From NCBI RefSeq assembly GCF_001945605.1, contig NZ_MPKA01000086.1, positions 60,001 through 92,000 of the forward strand: DNA of 32,000 bases, given 5' to 3'. Both the position numbers and the translations under genes were made by a program. The stretch is from Dubosiella newyorkensis (GTDB lineage Bacteria > Bacillota_I > Bacilli_A > Erysipelotrichales > Erysipelotrichaceae). Positions 1-9,544 of the stretch are shown here, one piece after another (the first letter of the stretch is position 1; each line of letters starts with the position of its first letter). The notes below the pieces were generated by a model that was given only the letters and a program-made list of their open reading frames with translations, ran no database searches and was not told the origin of the DNA.

Positions 1-1
1 T

Positions 2-334
2 CTGCTTTTGGAATTTATCCAAAAGGAGGATCATACCGTCCTTTTTAGCACCCATATCACAAGCGATCTAGAAAAAGTCGCGGATTATATATTGTATATC
101 CATGAAGGCAAAAAGATGTTCATGGACACAAAGGATGATCTCATGGAAAAGTATGTTATCATGCACTGCACCCAAGACGAATATCAAAAGCTACCTAGCT
201 CGAAGATCGTCCGCGTGATCAAGCAACCGTATCAAATGGACGTGCTTGTCGAGAAAAAAGAAGCCGAATACACTTTTGATACGCCAACTCTTGAAGATTT
301 GATGCGTATGTATTCGAAAGGAGAAAAACGATGA
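2..334 (+). CDS. ABC transporter ATP-binding protein, C-terminal part (5' end lies outside the window)
   Basis: The frame is open from the window edge. 'VLFSTHITSDLEKVADYILYIHEGK' fits the H-loop end of ABC ATPases. The stop overlaps the next start (ATGA at 331-334). Confidence 0.8.
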   Translation: MLLEFIQKEDHTVLFSTHITSDLEKVADYILYIHEGKKMFMDTKDDLMEKYVIMHCTQDEYQKLPSSKIVRVIKQPYQMDVLVEKKEAEYTFDTPTLEDLMRMYSKGEKR

Positions 335-951
335 AAGGACTTTTAAGAAAAGATCTACAGCTCATTTGGGCGAGCTGGCCGATCTTGCTCATGATCTTGA
401 TTGGAGGAACAGCCATCTCGATCTATGTGAAAGAACCAACAATGGATATTTGTTTTGTGACGCTTCTTCTTGTTTTTCAAACGGTCGCAACAGTCATGAA
501 CGATCAAACTTCAGGATGGTATCCATGGGAGCTTTCTTTGCCTGTGTCGCGAAAGAACATGATCTATGAAAAATATATTCTAGCGATGCTAATCTTAGCG
601 TTTGGCCTCATTCTTGCGCTTGCGATCTATTATGGGGTCAGCGCGATCACCAATATCGCTCCAGACCGGTTTTCGCTAGAAATCAATCTCTCGATCTTAT
701 TGATTTTTTTTGGTTGCGGGGTCGCGCCTGCTATATTGTTGTCATTTTATAAAAAAGAAACGGGCCCGATCGCGATGATCGTGGCCGCTCTGCTTCCGAT
801 CGCTATCATCCTCATCATCATGAATACCGTATCAGATGCGAATATCAAAGAGGTATTCATGGGCATTGGAGCCATCAGTATGCTTATCTACTTCACGTTG
901 ATGTTCCTGAGTCCAAAGATCGTGACCAACTGGCTCGATCGATCGTTATAA
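331..951 (+). CDS. ABC-2-type transporter permease / polytopic membrane protein
   Basis: 206 aa with several long hydrophobic segments. Translationally coupled to the upstream ATPase. Confidence 0.6.
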   Translation: MKGLLRKDLQLIWASWPILLMILIGGTAISIYVKEPTMDICFVTLLLVFQTVATVMNDQTSGWYPWELSLPVSRKNMIYEKYILAMLILAFGLILALAIYYGVSAITNIAPDRFSLEINLSILLIFFGCGVAPAILLSFYKKETGPIAMIVAALLPIAIILIIMNTVSDANIKEVFMGIGAISMLIYFTLMFLSPKIVTNWLDRSL

Positions 952-954
952 ATG

Positions 955-979
955 AAAAGAAGGCTCGCGCCTTCTTTTT
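955..979. terminator. Bidirectional rho-independent terminator between convergent genes
   Basis: Stem aaaagaaggc / gccttctttt with loop tcgc, flanked by an A-run and a T-run. It sits between the permease stop and the typA stop. Confidence 0.6.
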
Positions 980-2815
980 TTATCCATTCTTTTGCGCCAT
1001 TTTTTGGCGATACAAATTTCTTCGATCTTGTGGCGTCAATCCTTTTTTGCGGATTCGGATCGCGTCTGGTGTGACTTCGACAAGCTCGTCGTCGTTGATC
1101 CATTCCAGAGCTTCCTCCAACGAGAACACTCTAGGTGGCGTCAAAAGCATCGCCTCGTCCCGACCACTGCTTCTTATCGCCGTAAGCTTCTTGTTTTTGA
1201 GCGGATTAACATCCAAGTCAATATTTTTTGCCGACTCACCGATGATCATTCCTTCATAAACAGGTGTTTGTGGCGATACGAATAAAGATCCACGCTCCTG
1301 CAAGTTCCAGAGCGCGTATGTCATCGCCTCTCCTGTCTCGGTGGAAATCATCGCTCCCTGCATGCGCTGGGTGATCTCGCCTTTATAAGGTTCGTATCCA
1401 CTGATCCTTCTAACAAGCGTTCCTTCGCCATGCGTATCGTTGATAAATTGATTTCTGAATCCTAAAAGTCCACGAGTAGGCGCCGTATAGGTGATCTTGA
1501 CATAGCCGTTTTCTTCTTCCATATCTTGCATGACCCCTTTACGCAGGTTGAGCTGGTTGATGATCGTTCCTTGATATTCAGCAGGCGCTAGGCACACCAC
1601 TTCTTCAACAGGTTCGACCTTATGTCCATTCTCATCGACATGCAAGATGACTTCTGGCTTCGATACGGCAAGCTCATACCCTTCACGACGCATATTTTCG
1701 ATCAAGATCGAAATATGAAGCTCGCCACGTCCACTGATCTTGAAACAATCCGCGCTATCTGTTGGTTCGACCTTCAATCCAACATTGACCTCGAGTTCTT
1801 TTTCGAGCCTTTCTTTGATGTTTCTTGATGTAACGTATTTACCAGACTGGCCCGCGAATGGAGAGGTGTTGACATGGAAGTTCATCGATAAGGTCGGCTC
1901 TTCGATCGCAATATGTTCCATAGGCTCGATCGAATCAACAGCGCAGATCGTATCGCCAATAGAAATATCTGGCATTCCCGCGATCACGACAATATCTCCA
2001 GAATGCGCTTCTTTGACACTTGTTCTCGACAAGCCCTTATAAACGAACAAATTTGAGATTGTCTCTTTTTTCTGCAAACCTTCTTGATTGCAGCGAACAT
2101 AAGTTTCGCCTTGTTTCAAGACACCATCATAGATCCTTCCGATCCCTAAACGACCGATATATTCATCATAAGCTAGGGCGGAAACTTGCATTTTTGCTGG
2201 TTCCGCATCTAGATCAGGGTATACATCGCAATGCTTCAAGATCGTATCGAACAAAGGATCGATATTGTCGCTAGGCGTATCTAGATCGTATTGAACGATG
2301 CCTTCGCGCGCGATTCCATATAAGATCGGAAAATCGAGCTGCTCATCGCTCGCGTTGAGATCCAAAAACAAATCATACACTTCATCCACGACTTCTTCTG
2401 CTCTTTGATCCTTTTTGTCGATCTTATTGATCAAAAGGATCGGCCTAAGACCGATTTCCAACGCTTTCGACAAAACGAACCGCGTTTGAGGCATAGGGCC
2501 TTCGCTTGCGTCCACGAGCAAAATCACCGTATCCACTGTCTTGATGATTCTCTCCACTTCGCTGGAAAAATCCGCGTGTCCTGGAGTGTCGACAATGTTG
2601 ATCTTGACACCATCGTGAATGACTGAACAGTTTTTCGAATAGATCGTGATCCCGCGCTCGCGCTCTAGATCATTGGAGTCCATCACACAATCGACAACTT
2701 GTTCATTATCGCGAAACACATCGCTTTGACGCAAAAAGGCATCGACCAAAGTCGATTTACCCGCATCGACATGCGCGATAACCGCTATATTTAAAATTTT
2801 TTCTTGATCCGACAT
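980..2815 (-). CDS. typA: Translational GTPase TypA/BipA
   Basis: '[17 protein letters not shown]', 'DTPGHADF' and 'NKIDK' GTPase motifs, with full-length TypA-like domain order. I prefer the ATG at 2815, which has GAGG 5 nt upstream, over the ORF-track start at 2878. Confidence 0.95.
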   Translation of the reverse strand: MSDQEKILNIAVIAHVDAGKSTLVDAFLRQSDVFRDNEQVVDCVMDSNDLERERGITIYSKNCSVIHDGVKINIVDTPGHADFSSEVERIIKTVDTVILLVDASEGPMPQTRFVLSKALEIGLRPILLINKIDKKDQRAEEVVDEVYDLFLDLNASDEQLDFPILYGIAREGIVQYDLDTPSDNIDPLFDTILKHCDVYPDLDAEPAKMQVSALAYDEYIGRLGIGRIYDGVLKQGETYVRCNQEGLQKKETISNLFVYKGLSRTSVKEAHSGDIVVIAGMPDISIGDTICAVDSIEPMEHIAIEEPTLSMNFHVNTSPFAGQSGKYVTSRNIKERLEKELEVNVGLKVEPTDSADCFKISGRGELHISILIENMRREGYELAVSKPEVILHVDENGHKVEPVEEVVCLAPAEYQGTIINQLNLRKGVMQDMEEENGYVKITYTAPTRGLLGFRNQFINDTHGEGTLVRRISGYEPYKGEITQRMQGAMISTETGEAMTYALWNLQERGSLFVSPQTPVYEGMIIGESAKNIDLDVNPLKNKKLTAIRSSGRDEAMLLTPPRVFSLEEALEWINDDELVEVTPDAIRIRKKGLTPQDRRNLYRQKMAQKNG

Positions 2816-2946
2816 CGTATCCTCGCTTTCAAAAAATTCATTGACATTATAAGCCCACACCTTTAAAAACACAAACAAACCAATTCTTATCCTTTACGAA
2901 TTGTTGATTATAGTATAATGTATACGGTTGAAAAGGAGATTTAATT

Positions 2947-3690
2947 ATGAATGTACGTTATTTTAAAGAATATTCTAGCTTTCTAAATCGAGACATGGAA
3001 TTTAAGATGTATGGACATGCGGGAACGCTTTGTCTTGTTCTGCCTTGTCAAGATGGTCGCTTTTTTGAGTGGGAAGACCGACATATGTACGATCAAGTAT
3101 CCGATCTGATCGAGCAAGGACGGATCCAGTTTGTGAGCGTCGACTCAGTCGATCTAGAAAGCTGGTCAAGCTATGGCGATTCTCCTTCACGCATGCAGAT
3201 GCAAGAAAACTATGTCCAATATATTATGAATGAGCTTATTCCAAGCGCTCTTTATAAAGCGGGTAAACCACAAGACGAGGCGATGATGGTCTTGGGAGCG
3301 AGCATGGGCGCCTTTCACGCCGGCAATTTCTTTTTCCGCTATCCTGGCCGTTTTAAACAAGTATTGGCTCTTAGCGGACTATATGATATGAGTCGCTATT
3401 TTTATGATGGAAATATCGATTTCAACGCGTACCAGAACAATCCTTGCGGATATTTATCGCAGATGGATCCAGCGCATCCTTATATTCCTCAATATAATGA
3501 GGCGCAAGCGATCTTTGTGGTTGGACAAGGCGCATGGGAGCACGAATGCGCCGACGATCTTAGAAAGCTGGCCGGCCTTTGTTTTCACAAAGGGATCCAT
3601 ATCCAAACGGATTTTTGGGGATTTGATGTTCCTCACGATTGGCCAAGCTGGGAAAGACAGATCAAAGAATATTTGCCAAGAATGTGTTAG
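2947..3690 (+). CDS. Esterase family protein (alpha/beta hydrolase, putative-esterase type)
   Basis: 247 aa with a 'GASMGAFHA' nucleophile-elbow-like motif (GxSxG). AAGGAG lies upstream of the ATG. Confidence 0.7.
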   Translation: MNVRYFKEYSSFLNRDMEFKMYGHAGTLCLVLPCQDGRFFEWEDRHMYDQVSDLIEQGRIQFVSVDSVDLESWSSYGDSPSRMQMQENYVQYIMNELIPSALYKAGKPQDEAMMVLGASMGAFHAGNFFFRYPGRFKQVLALSGLYDMSRYFYDGNIDFNAYQNNPCGYLSQMDPAHPYIPQYNEAQAIFVVGQGAWEHECADDLRKLAGLCFHKGIHIQTDFWGFDVPHDWPSWERQIKEYLPRMC

Positions 3691-3716
3691 ACGATCCAAA
3701 GACGATCGTCTTTTTT
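3690..3716 (+). terminator. Rho-independent terminator after the esterase gene
   Basis: Stem gacgatc / gatcgtc followed by TTTTTT. Confidence 0.55.
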
Positions 3717-3791
3717 ATTTTTTCAGTTAGGCAAGAGGGAAGCGTTCTTTTTCTTGATGTATTACTATTTTTTTAGAAATGAAGAATCGAA

Positions 3792-4346
3792 ATGCTGATC
3801 AATCTATTATTAATGCTGTTCTTGATTTGGTTTATTATCCATAATTTTATCAAGGCCCATACGTTCACTTCTTTTTCCGTATGGCATGATTCTTTCGTTC
3901 CAATCTATTCACTTGTCCTCTTTTTCATCACGATGAAGTGGGATCGTGCCAACTTGATCTTGTTGGCGATCCTTACACCAGTGGCTTTGCTTCTTGGCTG
4001 GTATGAGACGCGAGGCATAGAGATCAAGAAAGAAAAGTCGCACAAAAACAAGACGGAATATGAATATATGATCAAACGCGGAACACCCTATGCTGTAGGA
4101 TGGACGCTAACTTTTGTTTTAGGGATCGCCTTGCATGCATGGTTCGCCAAAGAAAAGATCTTAAACATGTTTTCCGAAGCGATCTGGGATAATTTGATCG
4201 AAGAGCTCAATCCTTTCGCCATTTTTTCTACCTCACATACGTGGTATATATGGCTTTTGAGCGGTCTTTCTTCGACCACATTCATTTCGGTGATCAAATA
4301 TTCGATCTCTCGATATTTAAAACATAAAAAAGAAAAAACACTGTAG
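3792..4346 (+). CDS. Hypothetical polytopic membrane protein
   Basis: 184 aa with about 5 hydrophobic helices and a basic tail; I recognised no family. It ends 15 nt before the adenylation gene. Confidence 0.5.
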   Translation: MLINLLLMLFLIWFIIHNFIKAHTFTSFSVWHDSFVPIYSLVLFFITMKWDRANLILLAILTPVALLLGWYETRGIEIKKEKSHKNKTEYEYMIKRGTPYAVGWTLTFVLGIALHAWFAKEKILNMFSEAIWDNLIEELNPFAIFSTSHTWYIWLLSGLSSTTFISVIKYSISRYLKHKKEKTL

Positions 4347-4361
4347 CGGAAAGGAGAAAGT

Positions 4362-5831
4362 ATGGAAACGATATATGAACGGCTAAGATCGATTGCCAAA
4401 AGCGATCCAGACCAACTCGCTTTGTTGACGAGCGATAGATCGCTGACCTATCGCGACATGATCGATCAAGTGGATGAGCTCGCTCAAAAGATTCCTTTCA
4501 GTCATCAAAAAGTGGGAGTCATCTTAGAGCATGGGATCGATATGATCTTTGTCTTGTTCGCGCTTTTAAAAAATGGAAATTGTTATGTGCCAGCCGAACC
4601 TAGCTTTCCGATCGAACGCGTCAAAACGATGATGGAAGAAGCGAATGTCAAGACGATCATCACCCAGACAAAATTCAATGAACGATTCAAAGGAATGGAC
4701 CTGACCGATCTTGACGATTTAAAAAAAAGTGAAGCGGATGGAAGTGATCCTATGTGGATCAAAAGTGAAGATCCAGCCTATATTTTATATACTTCCGGAA
4801 GCACAGGGAGACCGAAAGGTGTTTGTGTGACCCCAAAAAATGTGCTGCATTATATATGGGCGTTTGAACATGAATTTCATATTGGTCCAGGCGATCGGAT
4901 GCTTCAATATTCTGTCTGTTCTTTTGATATTTTTGTGGAAGAGGTGTTCGCATCTTTGCTCAATGGTGCTTGCCTTGTCATTCCGAACGAAGCGGAAAAG
5001 AAGGACTTGTCTTCTTTGATGGATTTCGTTGAAAAAAACGCGGTTACGATCATTAGTGGTTTTCCTTATCTTCTTGAGGAGATGAATCACTTGCCTTCGA
5101 TTCCTTGTTCTTTGCGTCTATTGATCAGTGGAGGCGATGTGCTTCGAGGAAGCTATATCGATCATCTTCTTGATCAAGTTGTGATCTATAACACATACGG
5201 GCCTTCGGAAACGACGGTCTGCGCTTCTTATTTTAAAGTCAATGGAAGCAAAGTGCTTGAGGATGGGACTTACCCGATCGGTAAAGCGGTTTTAGGAAGC
5301 CATATCGATCTTTGGAATGATCAGGACCATCCTGTAAAGGATGGAGAAGTCGGGGAAATCATTATTTCAGGCGATGGCGTATCGTTAGGCTATATTGGAA
5401 ATCATTCACAAGAAAACAAAGCGTTCGAGAAAAAAGGAGGAACGACTTACTACCATTCGGGCGATCTTGGATACAAGCTCAAGGATGGAAATCTTGCGTT
5501 TTTACGTCGCAAAGACGATCAAGTCATGATCTTAGGAAAACGAGTGGAAGTGATGGAAGTCGAAGCGAAGCTCAATCAAATCGATACGATCGAAGAAGCG
5601 ATCGTCAGAGTCTATCAAGATGAAGAACATTTATCGTATATGATCGCTTATTTTGTTCCTAAAACGAAGTGTTCTCTATCGAAGATCGTCGAACAATTGA
5701 GCGAGTCGCTGACTTACTTTATGATCCCTTCTTATTTTGTTCAAATGAAATCGTTGCCTAGAAACGCGAATGGAAAGATCGATGATGGGCTTTTGCCAGT
5801 TGTTTTGAAAGTGGGCCACCTGGATGTCTGA
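4362..5831 (+). CDS. Stand-alone amino-acid adenylation (NRPS A-domain / DltA-like) enzyme, no carrier domain
   Basis: A-domain core motifs are present: 'LKNGNCYVPAEP' (A2), 'YILYTSGSTGRPKGV' (A3), 'FDIFVEEVF' (A4), 'NTYGPSETTV' (A5), 'YHSGDLG' (A7), 'RRKDDQVMILGKRVEVMEVE' (A8) and 'NGKID' (A10). The protein ends about 15 aa after A10. Confidence 0.85.
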   Translation: METIYERLRSIAKSDPDQLALLTSDRSLTYRDMIDQVDELAQKIPFSHQKVGVILEHGIDMIFVLFALLKNGNCYVPAEPSFPIERVKTMMEEANVKTIITQTKFNERFKGMDLTDLDDLKKSEADGSDPMWIKSEDPAYILYTSGSTGRPKGVCVTPKNVLHYIWAFEHEFHIGPGDRMLQYSVCSFDIFVEEVFASLLNGACLVIPNEAEKKDLSSLMDFVEKNAVTIISGFPYLLEEMNHLPSIPCSLRLLISGGDVLRGSYIDHLLDQVVIYNTYGPSETTVCASYFKVNGSKVLEDGTYPIGKAVLGSHIDLWNDQDHPVKDGEVGEIIISGDGVSLGYIGNHSQENKAFEKKGGTTYYHSGDLGYKLKDGNLAFLRRKDDQVMILGKRVEVMEVEAKLNQIDTIEEAIVRVYQDEEHLSYMIAYFVPKTKCSLSKIVEQLSESLTYFMIPSYFVQMKSLPRNANGKIDDGLLPVVLKVGHLDV

Positions 5832-6297
5832 AGTCAACATCGAACAAGCGTCTTTGCAGGATCTTGATCTGTTGATGCATTGGCGGATGATCGTATTGAA
5901 AGAAGTATTTTCGCTCGATGCGCATGAAGATCTTACTGAATTGTATCTTCAAAATAAACAGTATTATGAAAAAACACTCTCGGATAATACTCATATTGCT
6001 TGTTTTGCCAAAAAGGAAGGAAAGATCGTCGGGTGTGGTGGCATTTGTTTATATTCTGAAATGCCTTCTCCTGACAATTTGAATGGACTGTGTGGCTATT
6101 TGATGAATATTTATGTTTGTCCTGATATGAGACGCCAAAAGATCGGAGAGGCGATCGTCCATTTTTTGATCGAGCAGGCAAGATTAAGAGAGGTCAAAAA
6201 GATCACTCTCGAAAGCAGTGAAAGGGGAAGGAAGCTGTATCAAACGATCGGTTTTATCGAAGAACAAGATATGATGATCTTGAAAGATTCACAATAA
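5824..6297 (+). CDS. GNAT family N-acetyltransferase
   Basis: 157 aa with the 'RRQKIGEAIV' acetyl-CoA loop (Q/RxxGxG/A). Its start overlaps the end of the adenylation gene by 8 nt. Confidence 0.85.
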   Translation: MSEVNIEQASLQDLDLLMHWRMIVLKEVFSLDAHEDLTELYLQNKQYYEKTLSDNTHIACFAKKEGKIVGCGGICLYSEMPSPDNLNGLCGYLMNIYVCPDMRRQKIGEAIVHFLIEQARLREVKKITLESSERGRKLYQTIGFIEEQDMMILKDSQ

Positions 6298-6426
6298 TGT
6301 TCGCATCAATTTTCTCTTAAGCGCTTGAAGTCCTTTAAAAATAGAAATGTTATTTCAAAGTCGATCCCGTGTCTTGTGAAGCAAAAACAAAGAGATACAA
6401 TAAGTCTAGTGTTTGAGGAGAAGAGG

Positions 6427-7355
6427 ATGAAAACAATACAAGTAGGAATCATTGGAAATGGCAAAAGCGCCAATCGCTAACATGCGCCATTTCTTCTAGA
6501 TCGACCAGAAAAATTCAAGATCCGTACGATATAGCGGCGAGATCCTAGCCACGATTCGTGGCCTAAGATCAAGGGAGTCAAATATGTTTGTAATCTAAAT
6601 GAGATGCTTCAAGATCCGCAAATCGATCTAGTAATCGTGGCTACAAGGCATGATTCGCATTTTGAATTTGCAAAAAAAGCGCTGATGGCCGGAAAACACG
6701 CGTTGGTAGAAAAGCCATTTGTGATGAGCGAAGCAGAAGCTCGTAAATTGTTCGCTCTTGCCAAAGATAAAGGGGTCATGCTTCAAGCATACCAGAATCG
6801 TCGGTTTGATTCGGTTTTTTTAACGCTTAAAAAGGTGATCGAAAGCGGAAAACTAGGAACGCTTTTGGAAATCGAGTCGCATTATGATTATTATCGTCCC
6901 GAAGTGTCAGAGAAGATGGACGCTTATTCGCGGCTGAATTCGTATGTATATGGTTATGCCTGCCATACGATCGATCATATCATCGCCTTATTTGGAAGTC
7001 CAAAACGGGTGGTCTATGATGTTCGATCCACTTTAGGTAAAGTAAAATAAACGATTATTTTGACATCGATTTTTTCTACGAAGAACCGTTGAAAGTTTCG
7101 ATCAAATCTAGTTATTTCCGCGTGAAGGCTCGTTTCAAATTTGTCTCGTATGGAATGCTGATCTGGTATGACAAGAATGATACGTATCATGAAGAAAAAG
7201 TCGTTTCTGTCGATGGCAATTACGCACAGTTTTATGAAGCGATCTATGAGTCACTGGTCAACGGTGCAGAACCGCTCGTTAAAGAATGGCAGACGATCGA
7301 ACTTATGCATCAATTGGAAGCGGCTTGTGAAAGCTTGGAACAACAGTTCGATTAA
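6427..7355 (+). pseudogene. Gfo/Idh/MocA family oxidoreductase, decayed (2 in-frame stops + 1 frameshift)
   Basis: The N-terminus 'MKTIQVGIIGNGKSANR' hits TAA at 6478-6480, and there is a TAG at 6532-6534. The same frame continues through 6604-7050. After the TAA at 7048-7050 the reading continues in another frame (NDYFDIDFFYEEPLKVSIK...) to 7355. Confidence 0.8.
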
Positions 7356-7990
7356 GTCGTTCCACTTTTAAATGTTAAGATCGCTTCTTCTAGCTTTTTC
7401 AAAAAACATCCAGCTTGCTTTCCATCCATTTGGGTATGGTGGAATTGAAAAGAGATCGTCAATAATGCTTGGGGACCATCAATCCGATATTTTCCCCAGA
7501 TCAAAAACGGATTGTTGAAAATCCCGCTGTTCATTCCGATTGCTCCATCGAGTTCTACATCTACGATTGCCGAGGTGCCGATCACCATACATTGTAAAGA
7601 GAGGTCCTGATCTTTGCAGGTTCTATAAGCTTTTTGTGTAGAGTGCAAATAATTGGCATTGAATTGTTTGAGATCTTCGGTATAGCGGATATCGCATGAA
7701 CTGATTTCTCCTTTTTTGTTTGCGACGATCGTGTTGATCGCAAGCTGGTCGAATTTGTATAGTCGTCCTTCTAGTGGAAGAAGCTCAAACTCTTTGATGG
7801 AAGAAGCGGCTTGTCCAATACAATACAGCATAAGCATGTTTAATTTCATGTTGAATCGTTTCGATGCTTGAATGATAGGCATAATATCGTATGTTTTGAA
7901 AAAGGTCACCATTGGATTTGGAGCATTCATCCACAGTTCGAATGCCGCAGCTCTTGTGGTTGTCTTTGGATCGATTTCTTTTCTACTCAT
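7352..7990 (-). CDS. Chloramphenicol-acetyltransferase-family (CAT-like) O-acetyltransferase
   Basis: It carries the 'FQFHHTQMDG' HHxxxDG catalytic signature and has CAT-like length. I prefer the ATG at 7990 (MSRKEIDP...); the alternative start is 8017. Confidence 0.75.
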   Translation of the reverse strand: MSRKEIDPKTTTRAAAFELWMNAPNPMVTFFKTYDIMPIIQASKRFNMKLNMLMLYCIGQAASSIKEFELLPLEGRLYKFDQLAINTIVANKKGEISSCDIRYTEDLKQFNANYLHSTQKAYRTCKDQDLSLQCMVIGTSAIVDVELDGAIGMNSGIFNNPFLIWGKYRIDGPQALLTISFQFHHTQMDGKQAGCFLKKLEEAILTFKSGTT

Positions 7991-8840
7991 ATTTATTCCT
8001 TTCTTTCTTTTTGTCATTTACAGGCAAGACGAAGTGTTGCGTTGGATAGTCAAACTCAATGGAGCATTCTCGTTCCATGAAACCAAGTTTTATGAATTCT
8101 TCGCGGTATCCAGTATCGGCTGGATCGTATTTCCGAAATGTCGAGATCCAGATTTCTTGATTTGGACAATAGGTTTCTTTCAACGCGTTTAAAAAAAGCT
8201 GGGTGAGCTGGCTATTCCGATATTGAGGATGAATGCCTAGAAAGTCGATCCAGCAAGGATGAGAACGAAACACTAAAGCACCGATCAATTCATGTTCATG
8301 TTCGATCAAAAGCGCTCGTTTTTGTTCGATCGCAATTTCTAGCTGAACTCGGTATTCGACTTCATTTAAACTAGGATATCCGTCCACAACTAGATGAAGC
8401 AAGGTGATCCAAGATGGAATATCGGATTTTTTTGCGTGTCGAATCGTGGCTTTGGACAATATGAAATCATCATACATGTCCTGAACGTTCATTCGTAGCT
8501 GCAAAGGATAGTATTGCTTCTGTTTTCGAAATTTGGCTGGTGGTATTTTATACATTTTTCTGAATCGATTCGTAAAGGTACGCTGGCTCTCATAGCCGCT
8601 CCATAGTGCGATTTCCATGATGGGTCGCTGAGTTTGTGCTAGAGATCTTGCCGCTTCGCTTAGGCGGCGTCGAAGAATATAGGTATGGATAGATAATCCG
8701 ATGGTTTTCGTAAATAGGCGATGTAAATAGTATTTTGAATAATGCATGGAGGCGGCGAGCGTATCCAGATCGATATTTTCATGGAGATGGTCTTCGATAT
8801 ACTCGATGATTTTCTGAACAATATTTACATTTTGAGCCAT
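7983..8840 (-). CDS. AraC-family HTH regulator fused to a C-terminal GNAT-like domain
   Basis: The N-terminus has a double HTH ('HYSKYYLHRLFTKTIGLS...', 'IALWSGYESQRTFTNRFRKMY'). The C-terminus, 'LIGALVFRS...IDFLGIHPQYRNSQLTQLFLNAL', is GNAT-like. The start at 8840 has GGAGG upstream. Confidence 0.8.
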   Translation of the reverse strand: MAQNVNIVQKIIEYIEDHLHENIDLDTLAASMHYSKYYLHRLFTKTIGLSIHTYILRRRLSEAARSLAQTQRPIMEIALWSGYESQRTFTNRFRKMYKIPPAKFRKQKQYYPLQLRMNVQDMYDDFILSKATIRHAKKSDIPSWITLLHLVVDGYPSLNEVEYRVQLEIAIEQKRALLIEHEHELIGALVFRSHPCWIDFLGIHPQYRNSQLTQLFLNALKETYCPNQEIWISTFRKYDPADTGYREEFIKLGFMERECSIEFDYPTQHFVLPVNDKKKERNKYE

Positions 8841-9014
8841 TTCAGATCCTCCTTTCTTTTTTATTTTACCAAGATAGAACAGAATCGTTTTCACTTAGAT
8901 TGCGGTCTTAGAAGAAAACATCACGCTTTTTGAAGAAAAAGGGTGGTGTTTTTCATATTCTTGAATGATAGATAGAGTATGGAAAGGTGCAATACAGACT
9001 AGAGAATAAAATGT

Positions 9015-9069
9015 GTTGACATTGTCAACGCATAGAGGTATATATGAGTTGATAAAGTCAACTCATATA
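9015..9069 (+). promoter_or_regulatory. marR promoter with two palindromic operator candidates
   Basis: TTGACA (9016-9021), a 17-nt spacer, then TATATA (9039-9044). The perfect palindrome GTTGAC-att-GTCAAC (9015-9029) covers the -35. A second inverted repeat, tatatgagttga/gtcaactcatata (9041-9069, 12 of 13), covers the -10 and +1. Confidence 0.5.
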
Positions 9070-9083
9070 TTGGAGGGAATACG

Positions 9084-9521
9084 ATGAATGAAGATTTGAT
9101 AAAAAAAATACGCCGGTTTAACCGGTACTACACTATCTGGTTGGACGTTTTGAATAAAGAGTATTTGGGAATGAGTTTCTCATGGCCTGAATCGAGAGTG
9201 TTATTTGACATCTATAAGAACCAAGGAATCAATGCCACTGAATTATGTGAGCATTTAAACATGGATAAAAGCTATGTAAGCAGAATTCTCGCAAAACTTG
9301 AAAAAAAAGGATTTATAACGAGAAAACTTGTTTCGGGGAGCAAGGGAATTAAAAAATTGTATTTAACTAAAACAGGAAGTGAAGAAGCGAAAAAAATAGA
9401 CTGGAATGGTGATCAACAAATTAGTGAAAAATTAAAAAATATAGATCAAGAAGATTGTGATCGATTATGTGAAGCCATGGAACGGATTGAACATATATTG
9501 TGTAAAAATGATGAAAAATAA
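9084..9521 (+). CDS. MarR family transcriptional regulator
   Basis: 145 aa with a winged-HTH region, 'ATELCEHLNMDKSYVSRILAKLEKKGFITRK'. GGAGG lies upstream. Confidence 0.85.
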   Translation: MNEDLIKKIRRFNRYYTIWLDVLNKEYLGMSFSWPESRVLFDIYKNQGINATELCEHLNMDKSYVSRILAKLEKKGFITRKLVSGSKGIKKLYLTKTGSEEAKKIDWNGDQQISEKLKNIDQEDCDRLCEAMERIEHILCKNDEK

Positions 9522-9544
9522 ATTGAACTTTAGGAGGAACTGTT

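Noticed and set aside
2816-2878. 21-codon N-terminal extension of TypA given in the ORF track
   Set aside because: The conserved TypA N-terminus begins at MSDQEK, and that ATG (2815) has a GAGG RBS. The extension has neither conservation nor an RBS.
6478-6534. TAA/TAG inside the oxidoreductase gene as programmed read-through
   Set aside because: Two different stop codons plus an additional frameshift in the same gene indicate decay. Both codons are used as normal terminators elsewhere in the window.
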